From the NCBI GenBank assembly GCA_963693555.1, contig CAVOAA010000001.1:1-46072 (forward strand): 46,072 nt of DNA. The letters are read 5' to 3'. Below the pieces are notes generated by a model. It saw nothing but the letters and a program-made list of their open reading frames with translations. It was not told the DNA's origin and did not search any database. The translations under genes and the position numbers were made by a program. The DNA is from Dehalococcoidia bacterium (GTDB lineage: Bacteria; Chloroflexota; Dehalococcoidia; Lucifugimonadales; UBA3495). Positions 1 through 8,498 of the stretch are shown piece after piece. Each line of letters begins with the position of its first letter. The stretch's first letter is position 1.

Positions 1-476
1 TCGGCGCCCGTAACATGCAGAACTACAACCTCTTGGACGAGGTTGGTACGATCGGCAAACCGGTCATGGTCAAGCGCGGACTATCCGCCTCCTACGAGGA
101 ATGGCTATTGGCCGCCGAGTACGTGATGGCCGGTGGCAATCAAGAGGTGATCCTCTGCGAAAGAGGCGTCCGAGGGTTCGAGACCTTCACCCGGTTCACG
201 CTGGACGTGGCCGCGGTGCCAGTGATCAAACGTCTCAGCCACCTGCCCATCGTATGCGATCCGAGCCACAGCACCGGTAAATGGTACCTGGTTACCCCCG
301 TCGCCCTGGCGTCGGTGGCTGCCGGAGCCCACGGACTGCTGATCGAGGTACATCCCAACCCGGATGTGGCCAAATGTGACGGCCCCCAGTCTCTCACGTT
401 CGAGAACTTCGATATATTGATGGAACAGGTGAACGCGATCTCCGCGGTTAGGAAACAGCCGGTCACTTCCAACTAA
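1..476 (+). CDS. 3-deoxy-7-phosphoheptulonate (DAHP) synthase, type I-beta, C-terminal part (5' end lies outside the window)
   Basis: The frame is open from nt 3, giving GARNMQN. Motifs KPVMVKRG, LCERGVRGFE..TRFTLD, DPSHSTG and EVHPNPD..DGPQSL match the DAHPS/KDO8PS TIM-barrel family in its DAHPS I-beta form. TAA stop at 474-476. Confidence 0.85.
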   Translation, partial: GARNMQNYNLLDEVGTIGKPVMVKRGLSASYEEWLLAAEYVMAGGNQEVILCERGVRGFETFTRFTLDVAAVPVIKRLSHLPIVCDPSHSTGKWYLVTPVALASVAAGAHGLLIEVHPNPDVAKCDGPQSLTFENFDILMEQVNAISAVRKQPVTSN

Positions 477-510
477 ATAGTTTCTCAACCGATTTCTTGG
501 CTAACAGATA

Positions 511-537
511 GGGAGGGCATAAGCCCTCCCTTTTTTA
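511..537 (+). terminator. Rho-independent terminator after the DAHP synthase gene
   Basis: Perfect hairpin GGGAGGGC-ATAA-GCCCTCCC (511-530) followed by TTTTTT (531-536). Confidence 0.8.
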
Positions 538-671
538 TTGCCCCCAAATAATGTGAAATGAACGAAAGTGACCATTGGCACCCTTAATCAGGGCCGAAAC
601 GCACTATGGTATGTACAGCTTGCGCAAGTAGCATCAATGGAACGAATAGTAATAATGTAGATATAACAGTA

Positions 672-700
672 TTGACATTCTGGATACACTTTCGTATTCT
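672..700 (+). promoter_or_regulatory. Sigma-70-like promoter upstream of the hemerythrin-like gene pair
   Basis: TTGACA (672-677), 17-nt spacer, TATTCT (695-700). It lies in an AT-rich island and predicts a leader of roughly 165 nt before the ATG at 872. Confidence 0.5.
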
Positions 701-871
701 TTATCATTATCGGGTCTGCTACCGATAGGCTAAGGCTATAAGTCCGAGAGGAAATTGGCTTCTTGTTCCACGGCTGAAGCCCCCTATACTTCCAGGCAGA
801 CTCTTTAAATGGTTATCGACATCTAGTATCGGCGAAGCGAATACATAGGCGACTATCTTGGGAGGATTTGC

Positions 872-1516
872 ATGACAGCGGAGATCACCAACCTAGACCA
901 GCCCATCGACGCGATGTACCTGATCCACAAAGCACTGCGCGGCGAGGCCGACCGTACGGTTGAGCTTGCCCGGTGTTTAGAAGACGGATGTAGTCTTCAA
1001 CCATTCAAGTTGGCGTTCACGGCCTGGGCCACTTCCATCATGTACCACGCGGAAAAAGAAGTCGGGACCGAGATGACCAAGTCGATCGACGAGACCCGCA
1101 AAGCCGCCGCCCATGACCCCATCGAGCGGGTCAAATGGGCCATCCTTGAAAAAGAGGATGACGAATACTCCAGGCTACTTGAAGGCGTCATGGACGTAAT
1201 GACCGTGTTGGAAGAAGACATCGGCGCCACCAGCGTAATCTCCCGCACCAAGCAACACCTCTATGGACAAGTGATTGCCCTCCGCGTAGCCCAGGAAGAC
1301 CACCTGGAAACCGAAGAGGCGATGGTCCTCCCCCTCCTCAGAGAAAACCTCTCCCCACAGTGTCAGCTGGAAGTCGTAGGCGGCCTCCTGATCGACCGTG
1401 ACGCCGATGACCAACGCTGGGTCCTCGATTGGATATCTCAAGACCTGACGGCCGGTGAAAACGAACTGCTGCTCGCATTGGCTACTCGTATCGAGCAACT
1501 CCTACCGGTAGCCTGA
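872..1516 (+). CDS. Hemerythrin-like (HHE cation-binding) domain protein, paralogue 1
   Basis: IDAMYLIHKALRGE, MYHAEKE and DHLETEEAMVLPLL fit the H..HxxxE / H..ExEE pattern of hemerythrin-like domains. SD GGGAGG lies 7 nt upstream of the ATG. TGA stop. Confidence 0.75.
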   Translation: MTAEITNLDQPIDAMYLIHKALRGEADRTVELARCLEDGCSLQPFKLAFTAWATSIMYHAEKEVGTEMTKSIDETRKAAAHDPIERVKWAILEKEDDEYSRLLEGVMDVMTVLEEDIGATSVISRTKQHLYGQVIALRVAQEDHLETEEAMVLPLLRENLSPQCQLEVVGGLLIDRDADDQRWVLDWISQDLTAGENELLLALATRIEQLLPVA

Positions 1517-1564
1517 CCAGTACTAGATTTCACTAAATCTACAGATCGCTTAATGGGTGAAGGC

Positions 1565-2296
1565 ATGACTGCTGACAACAATCACAGGATAGAAGACCCC
1601 ATAGACGTTATGCCGCTGATACACAAGGCTTTCAGGGCGGTATCGGACCGCACCGAAGCCATGTCCGCCAGCGCGTCCACCTTCGAGGACATCAGCAAAC
1701 TTAATGAATCGTTCGGGTTTTGGATCAAACAGATCGTGTATCACGCCGCCGTCGAAGACGAAGTGATGACCGGGCCGTTGAAGAACGTCCAACCGGTTCG
1801 AGTGCCTGTCCAAGACAACGAGGACGAGCACGCCGCCCTGGCTGGTAAAGCTGTCGAGTTGGCGGAATTCATCGCCCAGGGGAAAGGGGCAGGCCTGGCC
1901 GAGAGTGTCCGCGACGCTGCATTCACCCTGGAAGACGAGCAGCACAAAGAGCTTGAAGACCGGTTCCATGAGGTAGAAGCAGCTCTCGCCGAGGTCCTGG
2001 GTGAAAAGAAAATAACCGCCCGTACTATCCGCCACATCCAAAGCCGGGTGATGGGCGTCCGTATCTTGGAGTTGGACCACTTCGAGAACGAAGAAGCCTT
2101 TGTCATCTCTCTTGTGCGCGATGAAATCGACGAGGCCGGCCAGCTCTACATGGTGCGCCAGCTACTGATAGACGAGTCCGCCGACGACCCGCGCTGGGTC
2201 ATCGACTGGGTGTACTCGGAGCTGAACGAAGCTGATCAGGCGCTGTTGAAAGACCTGGAGACCCGGTTCCAGGGTGCGGTGGCCCTACCCGTTTAA
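1565..2296 (+). CDS. Hemerythrin-like (HHE cation-binding) domain protein, paralogue 2
   Basis: IDVMPLIHKAFRAV, VYHAAVEDE and DHFENEEAFVISLV. I prefer the start at ATG 1565 (MTADNNHRIEDPIDVM) because it parallels paralogue 1 (MTAEITNLDQPIDAM) and follows GAAGG. The ORF track starts at 1553. Confidence 0.75.
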   Translation: MTADNNHRIEDPIDVMPLIHKAFRAVSDRTEAMSASASTFEDISKLNESFGFWIKQIVYHAAVEDEVMTGPLKNVQPVRVPVQDNEDEHAALAGKAVELAEFIAQGKGAGLAESVRDAAFTLEDEQHKELEDRFHEVEAALAEVLGEKKITARTIRHIQSRVMGVRILELDHFENEEAFVISLVRDEIDEAGQLYMVRQLLIDESADDPRWVIDWVYSELNEADQALLKDLETRFQGAVALPV

Positions 2297-2330
2297 CGCC
2301 AACCGACAAGTCCGGCAGCCCATAGAAGAA

Positions 2331-2361
2331 AAAAGGCCGCGAGTTAGACGCGGCCTTTTTT
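2331..2361. terminator. Bidirectional terminator between convergent genes
   Basis: AAAAA-GGCCGCG-loop-CGCGGCC-TTTTTT. The A-tract and T-tract flank a 7-bp GC stem (2335-2341 / 2349-2355). Confidence 0.8.
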
Positions 2362-2392
2362 GTTGGCGATTTTTATGGGCTGGCCCGGTGGC

Positions 2393-3472
2393 TTAGACCA
2401 ATACCGGCTCGGTATTTTTGCGGTAGATCTGGAATCGGTGGCGCGTGGTGTCCGCAATGATCACCCGGTTGTTCTGCCCTATCCTGACCGCACAGGGCGC
2501 CCATAGGACCCGCTCCGGGGTGAAGTTTTGAATGCCGTTGCGCTGCCGGATCATGTCCGGGTTGGACCTGAGTTTGGCGATGCCCATATTTGAGAGGTGC
2601 CCATCACCGGTGAACTCGGTGATGAACCGGCCTTCCGGAGTCAACACCTGTACACGGTTGTTCAGCCAGTCGGCTATATAGATGTCGCCGTCCTCGTCCA
2701 CGCAGACGCCAGTGGGGCGGTTGAACTGGCCAACCGGGGCCTCAGAGTAGGTGATGCCGCCATTGACCTTGGCGTTGTAGCAGTTGCCGCCCGTGCCCAC
2801 CGCTCCGTCCGCGCCGGGTGACCCGAAGGTGGCCAGCCATTTGCCGTCTGCGGTGAAGGACTGGACCCGGTCGTTGCGCCAATCAGCCACAAAGACATTG
2901 CCCTCTCCGTCCAGACACATCCCCCAGGGTAGATTGAACTGCCCATTGTCGGTGCCGGCAGAGCCGAACTTGCCGAGGAATTTCCCGTCCAGACTGAACA
3001 TCTGCACCCGGTTGTTGCGGCTGTCCACGATATATAGGGTCTCGTCCTGACTGACTGCGATGCCGCAGGGGCGGTCGATCTCTCCGTCTCCCGAGCCATG
3101 AGTGCCCCAATGAGACACATATTCGCCGTCGCTGGCGTACTTGGTAATCCTGTTCAACCACTCGTCGGTGATGTAGACGTTGGTGTCCTTGTCCAATGCG
3201 ATGCCGGTCGGCCAGATGAATTGGCCGGGGCCCTCGCCGTAGGAGCCGAAGGTCGAGATGTATTCCTCGCCCTCTTCGCCAAGTTTCATGATGACCAAGC
3301 GGGTGCCGTCGGGACGGTCCTCGCGGCCTTTGTTCACGATGTAGGCTGTGTCGTCGGATGTCAGCGCAAAGTCAACGGGGTAGCGGACACCGGCGCCCAC
3401 ATGCTCGGCGCGTGCAGCAGTGGATTCGTATGTGAAAGTGCGGTCGTTTATTCCAAGAAAGACGCTTGCCAT
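2393..3472 (-). CDS. NHL-repeat six-bladed beta-propeller protein (no signal peptide)
   Basis: Repeated blocks of about 45 aa: GxGxGQFxxPxGIAxDxxxNVYITDxxNxRIxxF (for example GQFIWPTGIALDKDTNVYITDEWLNRITKY and GEIDRPCGIAVSQDETLYIVDSRNNRVQMF). Confidence 0.85.
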   Translation of the reverse strand: MASVFLGINDRTFTYESTAARAEHVGAGVRYPVDFALTSDDTAYIVNKGREDRPDGTRLVIMKLGEEGEEYISTFGSYGEGPGQFIWPTGIALDKDTNVYITDEWLNRITKYASDGEYVSHWGTHGSGDGEIDRPCGIAVSQDETLYIVDSRNNRVQMFSLDGKFLGKFGSAGTDNGQFNLPWGMCLDGEGNVFVADWRNDRVQSFTADGKWLATFGSPGADGAVGTGGNCYNAKVNGGITYSEAPVGQFNRPTGVCVDEDGDIYIADWLNNRVQVLTPEGRFITEFTGDGHLSNMGIAKLRSNPDMIRQRNGIQNFTPERVLWAPCAVRIGQNNRVIIADTTRHRFQIYRKNTEPVLV

Positions 3473-3550
3473 GTATTCACCTTAACTCTGGACTCAGGAT
3501 TCAAGAGATTGAAGCCATTCTCGTGTCTGACCGACACGGTGTCAACTAAA

Positions 3551-4333
3551 TTACAGGCCCGCTGCTCCCGCTGCTTTACGCATGGATTCCAGGTAGGCGT
3601 TGCTGGAGGTCTGGAGCAGGGTCTGGACGGTGCCGTGAAAGTACTGAACGCCCAGGTCAAGGTACTTGGGAACCAGGTTGTCCGGGCAGCTAACCCCGGC
3701 GACCTTGCCTGCCCCACGGATGATCTCGACGCCGCGCTCCATGACCTCTTGGACCTCGGGGTGGGTTTGTTGGCCCACGAAACCCATGGACTGGGAAAGG
3801 TCACCGGAGCCGATGAAGAACACGTCCACGCCTTCGACTTCTACCATGGCTTCCAGGTTCTCGATGGCTTCGACCTCTTCCAACATCAAGCAGACCAGGG
3901 TATTTCTGTTGGCATCTTCCGCGTAATCTGCCGTGGAACCGGAAAAGCCGAACCCGGCGGGGCGGCTGCGGCTGAATATGCCTCTGGTGCCCAGGGGGTA
4001 ATACTTGACGGCCTCCACCGCGTTCTGAGCCTCTTCTGCCGTGTTTACGTGGGGGACTTGGACGCCCCAGGCGCCGCGGTCGAGGAATGGGCAGATAAAC
4101 TCCAACTCGTTGCCGATGGGACGCACGATGGGGGCCATGCCGGTCAACTCAGCGGCCCGAATCATGTCTTCCGAGTTGTCCACCGTTATTGAGCCGTGCT
4201 CATTATCAATCAATATCCAGTCGTAGCCCAGGCACCCGAGCATCTCGACTACCGTTGCTGAAGGAAAGGTGATCATCGTACCGAAAACCGCCTTCCCGTC
4301 GTTCAACTTCTGTTTTAGGGTATTCTCCCGCAT
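3551..4333 (-). CDS. HpcH/HpaI-family class II (2-keto-3-deoxy-acid) aldolase
   Basis: N-terminus LKQKLNDGKAVFGTMITFPS..VEMLGCLGYDWILIDNEHG, IVRP, GVQVPHVNTAEEA and YYPLGTRG are typical of HpaI/GarL/RhmA-type aldolases. Confidence 0.85.
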   Translation of the reverse strand: MRENTLKQKLNDGKAVFGTMITFPSATVVEMLGCLGYDWILIDNEHGSITVDNSEDMIRAAELTGMAPIVRPIGNELEFICPFLDRGAWGVQVPHVNTAEEAQNAVEAVKYYPLGTRGIFSRSRPAGFGFSGSTADYAEDANRNTLVCLMLEEVEAIENLEAMVEVEGVDVFFIGSGDLSQSMGFVGQQTHPEVQEVMERGVEIIRGAGKVAGVSCPDNLVPKYLDLGVQYFHGTVQTLLQTSSNAYLESMRKAAGAAGL

Positions 4334-4599
4334 CTAAACTCTCCCTCAGAGAAATGCTCCTGAACGTCAAAAATCGATTGCATCCGGGAGTTACAGGAGT
4401 ATACTACGCGGCACATTGTGGCGTGACCAGTCAGGCTCCGGATAATACTTAGAGGAAATAGACCCGGATGGTAGACATAAATTGCGCCTGCGACCATCCA
4501 CATATATAATGATGATTATCCTAAACGATGATAGTATAGGGTAGCCCAGACATACCATCGCGGAAGCTCGAATCAGCTCATCAAGATTTGGGGGTCAAT

Positions 4600-5181
4600 A
4601 TGTTCCCAGAGGTCACACTGACAACGCCCACTCGTGAAGATATCCAGCGGATGGCTGAATGGCTCAATGACCCCGATGTCAACGCCGTTTGGTACGGTGT
4701 TGGGGATGACGGTAAGCCCTTGCACACCAGTTATATACCGGAGGCTGTATTAGCTGGCGGTTCGGATGAATGGGACCAGGTCTTCGACGACGACAATCGC
4801 ACTATATTTTCTGTCTACAGCTCCGAGAGAGAACACATCGGTGAAGGTCAATTGGCGGTCGAATGGCCGCTGTTGGAAGCTCGGATCGACCTTCTGATCG
4901 GTCGCAAGGACCTGTGGCACCATCATTTCGGCACCAGCGCGCTCATTGGTCTGCTGGACCATGCTTTTGGCCCCCTGGGTCTGCACCGCGTCTGGGTTGA
5001 TGTCCCTGAATATAATGAGCCGGGCATGCAGATGGCCCAGCACGTAGGATTCGTAATGGAAGGTCGTTTGCGCAAGACCCACCGCAAGAACGACGAATGG
5101 TTCGATTCAACCGTGTTAGGGCTCCTGGCTGACGAATATCCGAGACGCCGAGCCAGGCTGATGGAGACCGCCGTCACCTAG
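4600..5181 (+). CDS. GNAT-family N-acetyltransferase (RimJ/RimL-like)
   Basis: WLNDPDVN.., GEGQLAVEW.., GTSALIGLLDHAFGPLGLHRVWVDVPEYNEPGMQMAQHVGFVMEGRLR. ATG at 4600 is preferred over the TTG at 4588. Confidence 0.75.
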   Translation: MFPEVTLTTPTREDIQRMAEWLNDPDVNAVWYGVGDDGKPLHTSYIPEAVLAGGSDEWDQVFDDDNRTIFSVYSSEREHIGEGQLAVEWPLLEARIDLLIGRKDLWHHHFGTSALIGLLDHAFGPLGLHRVWVDVPEYNEPGMQMAQHVGFVMEGRLRKTHRKNDEWFDSTVLGLLADEYPRRRARLMETAVT

Positions 5182-5264
5182 GCGGAAACAACAACTTCGA
5201 ACCACGCCACGAACCACGAACCGGGCAAGCCACAGATCGATATCAAAATTCGGAGGGACCTGTA

Positions 5265-5966
5265 ATGCCGGTTATTACCATTAACGGCCCCATTGGATGC
5301 GGGGCAGTGACCATTGGCCAGATGGTAGCTGAACAGATGAAACTGAACTTCGTCGATCGCCTGTTCTTCACCGAGGCGGCACGCATCGTCGGAACCCCCG
5401 TGGGCACTCTCATCGCCAAGGAACAACGAGTGGACCGCTTCCGCGACCGGTTGGGCCGGTTCGTTCAGACCATGCTGGAGCGCTCGGCCATGTCGGGCGT
5501 CAGCGGCGAGCCGTACTTCGGCCGGGGTATCGAGAACCTTCCTCCCGAGACCTATATGGACCTCACCGGAGAGGGCAGCGGCGTGGCCCAGAAGCTGGAT
5601 GACAAGACATTTATTGAAGCGATGAAAAAGGTGGCCAACGACCTCCACCAACAGGGCAACGCCGTGATCATCGGCCGGGGAGCCAACCAGATTCTGGCTG
5701 ACGCCTCACACACCCTGCACGTAGGTCTGCTGGCTCCCATGGAAGTCCGTGTACAGACGTTGATGGACCGGGAGCACTTCGAACGTGAAGAGGCCGAGAT
5801 TCATGTGGAAGAGTTGGAACGGGCCAGAGAAGACTTCATCTACAAATTCTGGAAGGTCCGTCCCAATGAGGCTTGGCATTATCACATGATGTTGAACATG
5901 GGAAAGATGAATCCCAAGATTGCCGCGGAGGTTATCTGCCACGCAGCGGGCGATCTGACATCTTGA
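5265..5966 (+). CDS. Cytidylate kinase-like family (P-loop NTPase-like) protein
   Basis: The N-terminus MPVITINGPIGCGAVTIGQMVAEQMKLNFVDR and the later VIIGRGANQIL resemble the cytidylate-kinase-like family of uncharacterised proteins. Confidence 0.65.
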   Translation: MPVITINGPIGCGAVTIGQMVAEQMKLNFVDRLFFTEAARIVGTPVGTLIAKEQRVDRFRDRLGRFVQTMLERSAMSGVSGEPYFGRGIENLPPETYMDLTGEGSGVAQKLDDKTFIEAMKKVANDLHQQGNAVIIGRGANQILADASHTLHVGLLAPMEVRVQTLMDREHFEREEAEIHVEELERAREDFIYKFWKVRPNEAWHYHMMLNMGKMNPKIAAEVICHAAGDLTS

Positions 5967-5994
5967 TTCCCGGCGAGCAATATCAGGGTTCTGT

Positions 5995-6030
5995 AAATAG
6001 GGGAACGGGCGCAACCCGTTCCCCTATTTG
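5995..6030 (+). terminator. Rho-independent terminator
   Basis: Perfect 15-bp stem AAATAGGGGAACGGG (5995-6009), loop CGCAA, CCCGTTCCCCTATTT (6015-6029). Confidence 0.75.
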
Positions 6031-6049
6031 TGTGATTGGTAGCAAGTAG

Positions 6050-6853
6050 ATGTTTCCTTATTCAGACGCCAGCGTCCAGCACCGTACTTTTCCATACGTA
6101 AACGCTGGACTCCTAGCGATCAGCGTGCTGGTCTTTCTCTATGAAATTGTCCTGGGTGGTACTGGCACCGTAACCGGATCGGGCGGGCTAGACCTGGACA
6201 TTTTCTTCTTCAAATGGGGGTTCATTGCCCAGGAGTTAACGTCAGGGCAGCCGTTTGACTCGCTGAACTCCGGTTTTTCCGTGGTGAATATCGAAACCCC
6301 GGTCCACACGGTTTTCACGATCTTCAGCTCGATGTTCATCCATGGCGGGTTCATGCATCTGGCTGGCAACATGATGTTCCTGTGGGTGTTTGGCGACAAC
6401 ATCGAAGACCGGTTCGGGCATGTTAAATACCTGGTCTTCTACCTGGTAGCAGGTGTCGCCGCGACCCTGAGCCAGTGGGTGATCGACACCGATTCCCAGG
6501 TGCCTCTCATCGGGGCCAGTGGCGCTATTTCCGGCGTGTTGGGCGCATATCTGATGATCTACCCCAGCAACAAGATCAAAGCACTGATCGTCTTCTACCT
6601 GATTACAGTGGTGGAGATGAGGGCCATGTGGCTGTTGGGGGCCTGGTTCGTCTGGCAGTTGATCCAAGGCAGCATTTCGATGGGGATGGCGAGTTCGGTT
6701 AACGTGGCGTTCTTCGCTCACATCGGCGGGTTCGTGGCCGGCATGGTGCTGGCTGGCGGCTACAAATTGGTCTTGAGAGAGCCCCTCATGCCAGGAAGGT
6801 CCAAGGCACAGCCTTGGGACCATTGGTACCAAGCCGGAAGAGGCAGAGACTGA
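6050..6853 (+). CDS. Rhomboid-family intramembrane serine protease
   Basis: FIHGGFMHLAGNMMFLWVFGDNIE, catalytic GASGAISGVLGAY and the downstream HIGGFVAG, with multiple hydrophobic TM segments. Confidence 0.9.
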   Translation: MFPYSDASVQHRTFPYVNAGLLAISVLVFLYEIVLGGTGTVTGSGGLDLDIFFFKWGFIAQELTSGQPFDSLNSGFSVVNIETPVHTVFTIFSSMFIHGGFMHLAGNMMFLWVFGDNIEDRFGHVKYLVFYLVAGVAATLSQWVIDTDSQVPLIGASGAISGVLGAYLMIYPSNKIKALIVFYLITVVEMRAMWLLGAWFVWQLIQGSISMGMASSVNVAFFAHIGGFVAGMVLAGGYKLVLREPLMPGRSKAQPWDHWYQAGRGRD

Positions 6854-6883
6854 CACAACCCAGACTACCCATGCACCGATACC

Positions 6884-6964
6884 GCTCATCCTGAGCTTGT
6901 CGAAGGACTCTTAGGGGAGACCATGGTTGATGCCCAAGAGTGGTTCAACAAGCTCACTATGAGC
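6884..6964. repeat. REP/MITE-like hairpin element: imperfect inverted repeat of the 'ttcgacaagctcaggatgagc' module
   Basis: 6884-6907 (gctcatcctgagcttgtcgaagga) is the reverse complement of 6941-6964 (tggttcaacaagctcactatgagc) at 19 of 24 positions. A third copy of the module lies at 43727-43750. Confidence 0.7.
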
Positions 6965-7035
6965 GAACCAAGGGCAACCTAGATGGCGAAAACTATACCG
7001 AAGCCATATTTAACCCACGGGGCTTGGTTTGCCTG

Positions 7036-7105
7036 GATTCCTGCGAAGGCAGGAATGACGGAATCAATCCCCTCTCCCATGCGTGGGAGAGGGTTAGGGT
7101 GAGGG
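7036..7105. repeat. REP-like hairpin modules (gattcctgc-gaag-gcaggaatgac; ccctctccca-tgcg-tgggagaggg)
   Basis: 8-bp hairpin attcctgc/gcaggaat (7037-7056) and perfect 10-bp hairpin 7070-7079 / 7084-7093, followed by ttagggtgagggc. The first is related to the gattcttcgg...gaatgac module at 19748 and 25117. Confidence 0.65.
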
Positions 7106-7154
7106 CAACGGCCTAGCCCGAGTCATACTTTCCAGGCAACCCAGGATGGGGCGT

Positions 7155-8498
7155 CTACTCTTCGCTGGTCTCGGAGGGGTAGCCCCGTTCGATCCAGGCT
7201 GGTGTGCCGGCTTCGTCGACTACCTGAACGTTGTCCCGCCCATCCCGCTGCAGGATGCTGGTGGCAGTGGTGGCCCGCATCCCGGCGGCGCAAACGGTGA
7301 CCACAGGCAATTCTCTGGGTAGCCCGTCCAAGTGCTCTTGCAACTCACCCAACTCGATGTTTAGCGCGCCTGAGATGTGGCCCGTGTCATATTCGTTACG
7401 CTGCCGGACGTCGATCACCAATGGTGCGGTGGGCAGGTCTTGGGCCAGCTTAAGCTCGTCTAAGGCCAATCTCTTGGACTCTTCCACGGGAAGACCAGCC
7501 GATTTCCAAGCGTCCATGCCGCCGGACAAGAACCCGTGGACGCGGTCGAACCCGATACGGATCAGCTGCCGCATCATGTCGTCATGCTGACCGGCGTCGG
7601 CGGACAGGAGCACCAGAGGAGCTCCCCAGGGCACCACCCTGCCGATCCAGGTGGCCATGGCGTTGCCATGAGGCACAGCGTAGGCGCCAGGGATGTGGCC
7701 GTCATTGAAACTACGCTCGGGACGGGCGTCGATAAGGACAGCTTCATTGTCCAGGTGGTTCCGGACGGACAGGGCTGTTAGAGAAGACAGGCGAGGGACG
7801 CCCCCCAGTATATCTGGCCCTCTGCGGTTGATGTCGGCCATGTATTTGTAGTAGCTCGGGTACGATCCGAGACCAGTAAGTGCGTATTTAACGAAGCTGG
7901 TCTCTTCCGCCTCTGCGGCGAAGGGGTTGGCCAGCCGTTCGCGGGCGATGGTCGTAGGAATCTCGCCGCCGGAGTGGGCCGTAGCCGAGCAGAACGAACC
8001 GCCGCCGTGGGTCGGGTAGACCTTGACGTCGTCCGGAAGTTTCAACAATTTTTCGTGGATGGTGTTATGCAGCCACCGGGCCAGGAAAGGGGCTATCTTT
8101 GAGCCTAGCAGGTCGACGCGGGCTGCGCCGCCCAGCATGAGTGCACCGCCGGTGAATATCGTGGTGGGCTGGCCCTGTTCTTCGATCAAGAAGGAAACGC
8201 TCTCCGGCGTGTGGCCCGGAGTGTGGACGATCTTGACCTTGAAATCGCCTAGGTCGAATTCATCCTCTTCCTGAAGCCGGACTGAAGGGAAAAGTAGGCC
8301 TCCCGACGCGCTGGCCGCCACTTGGCAGCCGGTCTGATCGGCCAGTTCACGAGCGCCAGAGACGAAGTCGTTGTGGACGTGGGTCTCAAAGGCGTAGACG
8401 ATGCGCGTGCCGTGATTGGCCGCGATCTGGACGTATTGGTCGACGTCCCGGGCGGGGTCGATGACGATGCACCGGCCAGATTGTTCAGAGCCGACCAC
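7155..8498 (-). CDS. MBL-fold metallo-hydrolase fused to two rhodanese domains (CstB/persulfide-dioxygenase-like). The true gene appears to start at ATG 8546 and is interrupted by an in-frame TAA at 8499-8501.
   Basis: ETHVHNDFVSG and HTPGHTPES are MBL motifs. There are two C-terminal rhodanese domains; the last has the active-site loop CAAGMR, and the first lacks Cys. Upstream and in frame: ATG(8546) FVETVRIESLANNS-TAA-VVGSEQSGRCIVIDPARD, with GAGG 9 nt before that ATG. Confidence 0.8.
   Translation of the reverse strand: MVGSEQSGRCIVIDPARDVDQYVQIAANHGTRIVYAFETHVHNDFVSGARELADQTGCQVAASASGGLLFPSVRLQEEDEFDLGDFKVKIVHTPGHTPESVSFLIEEQGQPTTIFTGGALMLGGAARVDLLGSKIAPFLARWLHNTIHEKLLKLPDDVKVYPTHGGGSFCSATAHSGGEIPTTIARERLANPFAAEAEETSFVKYALTGLGSYPSYYKYMADINRRGPDILGGVPRLSSLTALSVRNHLDNEAVLIDARPERSFNDGHIPGAYAVPHGNAMATWIGRVVPWGAPLVLLSADAGQHDDMMRQLIRIGFDRVHGFLSGGMDAWKSAGLPVEESKRLALDELKLAQDLPTAPLVIDVRQRNEYDTGHISGALNIELGELQEHLDGLPRELPVVTVCAAGMRATTATSILQRDGRDNVQVVDEAGTPAWIERGYPSETSEE

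Noticed and set aside
540-871. Possible known riboswitch in the hemerythrin leader
   Set aside because: I could not match it to the conserved cores of the riboswitch classes I can recall (c-di-GMP, TPP, SAM, cobalamin, FMN, glycine, purine and others). I kept it only as an unexplained long leader.
3098-4192. 364-aa plus-strand ORF spanning the NHL and aldolase genes
   Set aside because: It is antisense to two well-supported genes. It has an Ala/Gly/Val/Asp-rich composition typical of GC-rich antisense frames, it crosses an intergenic gap, and it has no recognisable motifs.
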